From an uncultured delta proteobacterium (GTDB lineage Bacteria; Desulfobacterota; Binatia; Binatales; Binataceae), in the NCBI GenBank assembly GCA_963765675.1, contig CAVXXK010000006.1:224001-288000 (forward strand): a stretch of DNA of 64,000 nt, read 5' to 3'. The notes under the pieces were generated by a model. It was not told the origin of the DNA and ran no database searches. It worked only from the letters and a program-made list of their open reading frames with translations. Below, piece by piece: positions 60,732 through 64,000 of this stretch; the stretch's first letter is position 1, and every line of letters starts with the position of its first letter. Made by a program: the position numbers and the translations under genes.

Positions 60732-60863
60732 TCGGCGCTCGCACCCCTTCCCCGAGCAAATCAGCCAATCACGCAAATCCTTTTGACGCGCGGCAGCATT
60801 TCCCAATTTCGGCGCGATACATGAGCCGGTGGCAATCGCTCGCGCCGCTGCTATAGATAGGAC

Positions 60864-61643
60864 ATGGAACTTGCCACGGTAATTTTCGACGCCGGTCCGA
60901 TCGCGACGCTCACCGTAAATCGGCCCAATGCTCTGAACGCGCTGAACCGCGAAGTCCTTGAAGACATCACGCGCGTCATCCGGGATATCCGCCACGACCC
61001 TTCCGTGCGCGTGCTGATAATCACGGGCGCCGGCGATCGCGCGTTTGTCGCGGGCGCCGATATCGCCGCGATGAGCAAGATGACCGCGGCGGAGGGCCTC
61101 GAATTCTCGCGGCTCGGGCATCGGACGCTGACCAGCCTCGAAGAGCTGCCGATTCCCGTTATCGCCGCGGTAAACGGCTTCGCACTCGGCGGGGGAACGG
61201 AGCTCGCGCTCGCGTGCGATCTTATAATCGCGAGCGAGAAAGCGCGTTTCGGCCAGCCCGAAATCAACCTGGGATTGATTCCCGGCTTCGGCGGCACGCA
61301 GCGGCTGGCGCATCGGATTGGCCACGCCAAAGCGCGCGAGCTGATCATGACTGGAGATATGCTCGACGCGAAGAGCGCGCTCGCGCTCGGACTGGCTATC
61401 CAGGTTGTCGCTCCCGCAGAGCTGATTGCAGCGGCGCGTGCGCTGGCCGACAAGCTCGTCTCGAAATCCGCGTTCGCGCTGCGCCAGGCCAAGGCTGCGC
61501 TGCGCGCGGCCGCGACGATGGAAGAGGACGCGGGACTGCGCTATGAGCAGGAAGCGTTCGGCGTGGTTTTCGCCAGCGAGGATCGCGTCGAGGGCACCTC
61601 TGCGTTTGTCGCCAAGCGTCCGCCCGCATGGAAGCATCGCTGA
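60864..61643 (+). CDS. crt: Enoyl-CoA hydratase (crotonase)
   Basis: NRPNALNAL, AFVAGADI, AVNGFALGGGTEL, GQPEINLGLIPGFGGTQRL. Confidence 0.9.
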   Translation: MELATVIFDAGPIATLTVNRPNALNALNREVLEDITRVIRDIRHDPSVRVLIITGAGDRAFVAGADIAAMSKMTAAEGLEFSRLGHRTLTSLEELPIPVIAAVNGFALGGGTELALACDLIIASEKARFGQPEINLGLIPGFGGTQRLAHRIGHAKARELIMTGDMLDAKSALALGLAIQVVAPAELIAAARALADKLVSKSAFALRQAKAALRAAATMEEDAGLRYEQEAFGVVFASEDRVEGTSAFVAKRPPAWKHR

Positions 61644-61727
61644 TAGAGCATCCGCTCTGAACGCCTGTTCCGAAACGGACGACTCCTTCTATCGACCCTG
61701 TCGGACTTCTACGCTAAAACTGAATCG

Positions 61728-62870
61728 ATGGACTTGGAACTCACTTCGGCGCAGAGCGCCGCGCGCGACACCGCGCGCCGGTTCGCCCGCGAGAAGCTCG
61801 AACCGATCGGCGTCGAATGCGACCGGACGCATCAGTTTCCGAAAACGGCGATCGACGAACTCGGCCGGCTCGGAATCCTCGGCACCTTTATCCCTGAGAA
61901 TTTCGGCGGCGCGGGCCTCGACCAGGTCGCCTACGCGCTCGTGGTCGAGGAGTTGGCTGTCGCCTGCGCTTCCACCGCCGTGATCGTCTCGGCGCATTGC
62001 TCGCTCGCGTCGTGGCCGATTCTTGGATTGGGTAGCGATAAGATGAAGGCGCAGTTCCTGCCGAAGATGGCCTCGGGCGAATGGCTCGGATGCTTCGCGC
62101 TCACGGAGCCGCAGGCAGGATCGGACGCTGCCGGGCAGAAGACTCGCGCGATTCTCGACGGCGACAGCTACGTTATCAATGGCACCAAGAATTTCATCAC
62201 CAATTCGCCGCAGGCGGGCGTCGCAATTGTGTTCGCGATGACCGCGCCGGAAAAGGGGCATCACGGAATCAGCGCGTTCGCGGTCGAGACCAGCTCACCG
62301 GGATGGACGGTCACGCGAGTCGAAGACAAGATGGGGATTCATGGCGCGCATTCTGCACAGCTCAGTTTCACCGATATGCGCGTGCCGCGCGAGAACTTGC
62401 TGATGGGCGAAGGCGAAGGCTTCAAGGTCGCGATGAAGACCCTGGACGGCGGGCGTATCGGAATCGCGGCGCAGGCGATCGGGATCGGACGCGCGTCGCT
62501 CGAAGCGTCGCTCAAATACGCGCAGGAGCGCCAGACCTTCGGGCGTCCGATCGCGCAGCATCAGGCGATCCAGTTCAAGCTCGCCGATATGGCATTGGCC
62601 GTGGACGCGGCCCGTCTGTTGACGCTGCGCGCGGCGGCGCTGAAGGACGCCGGCAAGCCTTGCACCAAGGAATCCGCGATGGCCAAGCTGTTTGCGGCTG
62701 AAACCGCAATGGAGGCCGCCACCGAAGCGATCCAGATCCATGGCGGCTACGGCTACACCCGTGAGTTCAAGGTCGAGCGCTATTTCCGCGACGCGAAGAT
62801 CACGGAAATCTACGAGGGCACGTCGGAAATCCAGCGCCTGGTTATCGCGGGCCAGGTTCTCGGACACTGA
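61728..62870 (+). CDS. Short-chain (butyryl-CoA-type) acyl-CoA dehydrogenase
   Basis: FALTEPQAGSD, GTKNFIT, KMG, LDGGRIGIAAQ, HGGYGY, IYEGTSEIQ. Confidence 0.93.
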   Translation: MDLELTSAQSAARDTARRFAREKLEPIGVECDRTHQFPKTAIDELGRLGILGTFIPENFGGAGLDQVAYALVVEELAVACASTAVIVSAHCSLASWPILGLGSDKMKAQFLPKMASGEWLGCFALTEPQAGSDAAGQKTRAILDGDSYVINGTKNFITNSPQAGVAIVFAMTAPEKGHHGISAFAVETSSPGWTVTRVEDKMGIHGAHSAQLSFTDMRVPRENLLMGEGEGFKVAMKTLDGGRIGIAAQAIGIGRASLEASLKYAQERQTFGRPIAQHQAIQFKLADMALAVDAARLLTLRAAALKDAGKPCTKESAMAKLFAAETAMEAATEAIQIHGGYGYTREFKVERYFRDAKITEIYEGTSEIQRLVIAGQVLGH

Positions 62871-62894
62871 AATCCGGGTCGCGGTGAGGATAAC

Positions 62895-64000
62895 GTGAGC
62901 TCGAAAAAAGATTGGCTCGAAACCACTTTCAAGCAGGCCGCCGAACGGCCCGCGCGCTTCTCGACCGTCTCCGACATGGAGATCGAGCCGCTCTACACGC
63001 CCGAAGACGTGCGCGGCGACTACGACACCGCGCTCGGAAATCCGGGAGAGTTTCCCTACACCCGCGGCGTGTACGGCTCGATGTATCGCGGACGTTTCTG
63101 GACCATGCGCCAGTTCGCGGGCTTCGGTCTTGCCGAAGACACCAACCAGCGGTTCCATTACCTGCTCAAACAGGGCCAGGACGGGCTATCGACCGCGTTC
63201 GATATGCCGACGCTGATGGGCTACGACGCCGACCACGAACGCGCGCAGGGCGAAGTCGGACGCGAGGGCGTCTCCGTCAGCACGATCCACGACATGACGC
63301 GCCTGTTCGACAAGATTCCGCTCGACAAGGTCACCACCTCGATGACGGTTAACTGCTCGGCGTCGGTCCTGCTCGCGATGTACCTGGTCGTTGCGGAGCG
63401 CGCAGGAATTCCATGGGAGAGCGTCGGCGGCACGATTCAGAACGACATGCTCAAGGAGTATATCGCGCAGAAAGAATGGATCTGTCCGCCGCGTCCCGCG
63501 ATGCGCGTGGTTACCGACATGATCGAGTTCTGCGCCAAAAAAGCGCCGCGATGGCACGCCGTCTCGATCAGCGGCTACCATATTCGCGAGGCCGGCTCGA
63601 CCGCCGTGCAGGAACTCGCGTTCACAATCGCCGACGGGCTTTGCTACGTCGAAGAAGCGGTCAAGCGCGGCCTGGAGGTTGACGATTTTGCGCCGCAGCT
63701 TTCGTTCTTCTGGAATATCCACAACGACTTTCTCGAAGAGGTCGCCAAGCTGCGCGCGGCGCGCCGGATGTGGGCGCGCCTGATGAAAGACCGCTTCGGT
63801 GCGAAGAATCCGCGCTCGATGATGTTGCGTACGCACGCGCAGACGGCGGGTGCCTCGCTCACCGCGCAGCAGCCGATCAACAACGTCGTGCGCGTCGCGA
63901 TCCAGGCTCTCGCCGGCGTGCTGGGCGGTGTGCAGTCGCTGCATACCAACTCGATGGACGAGACGCTCGCGCTGCCGACCGAGCAGGCGGTCACCGTCGC
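62895..64000 (+). CDS. icmA: B12-dependent acyl-CoA mutase large subunit, isobutyryl-CoA mutase type; partial, runs off the window end
   Basis: Not in the ORF track. From GTG 62895: [48 protein letters not shown]. Confidence 0.85.
   Translation, partial: MSSKKDWLETTFKQAAERPARFSTVSDMEIEPLYTPEDVRGDYDTALGNPGEFPYTRGVYGSMYRGRFWTMRQFAGFGLAEDTNQRFHYLLKQGQDGLSTAFDMPTLMGYDADHERAQGEVGREGVSVSTIHDMTRLFDKIPLDKVTTSMTVNCSASVLLAMYLVVAERAGIPWESVGGTIQNDMLKEYIAQKEWICPPRPAMRVVTDMIEFCAKKAPRWHAVSISGYHIREAGSTAVQELAFTIADGLCYVEEAVKRGLEVDDFAPQLSFFWNIHNDFLEEVAKLRAARRMWARLMKDRFGAKNPRSMMLRTHAQTAGASLTAQQPINNVVRVAIQALAGVLGGVQSLHTNSMDETLALPTEQAVTV

Overview
GC-rich bacterial chromosomal window of about 55 genes. Gene content and style suggest Candidatus Binatia/Binatota-like deltaproteobacteria; this is inference, not checked. 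Housekeeping blocks: rpmE-prfA-prmC-murA-hisD-hisB-hisA; alaC-like-hom-thrC-apgM-glpX; sppA; suhB; degP-like; crotonase, acyl-CoA dehydrogenase and an isobutyryl-CoA-mutase-type B12 mutase. Accessory catabolic and signalling cassettes lie between them, often separated by four distinct families of REP-like palindromes. No rRNA, tRNA, CRISPR array, transposase or prophage is evident. Top candidate novel system (20020-24094): an operon with a membrane double-FHA protein, a zinc-ribbon membrane protein and a Ser/Thr kinase with a WNK-like catalytic rearrangement (beta3 Lys replaced by Ala, Lys in the Gly-loop: GGGGMKMVY...CALAE). A PHP phosphoesterase follows it, and an atypical ClC channel converges on it. 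Other highlights: a leaderless uORF/terminator leader before an MFS pump that is partly antisense to the divergent ABC1-kinase start; a TetR-controlled diiron protein plus PaaG-like pair; a PfkB-SIS fusion with a DHDPS-family aldolase; and a permease duplication bridged by a 30-codon coupling ORF. Several genes carry single frameshifts, possibly assembly errors.
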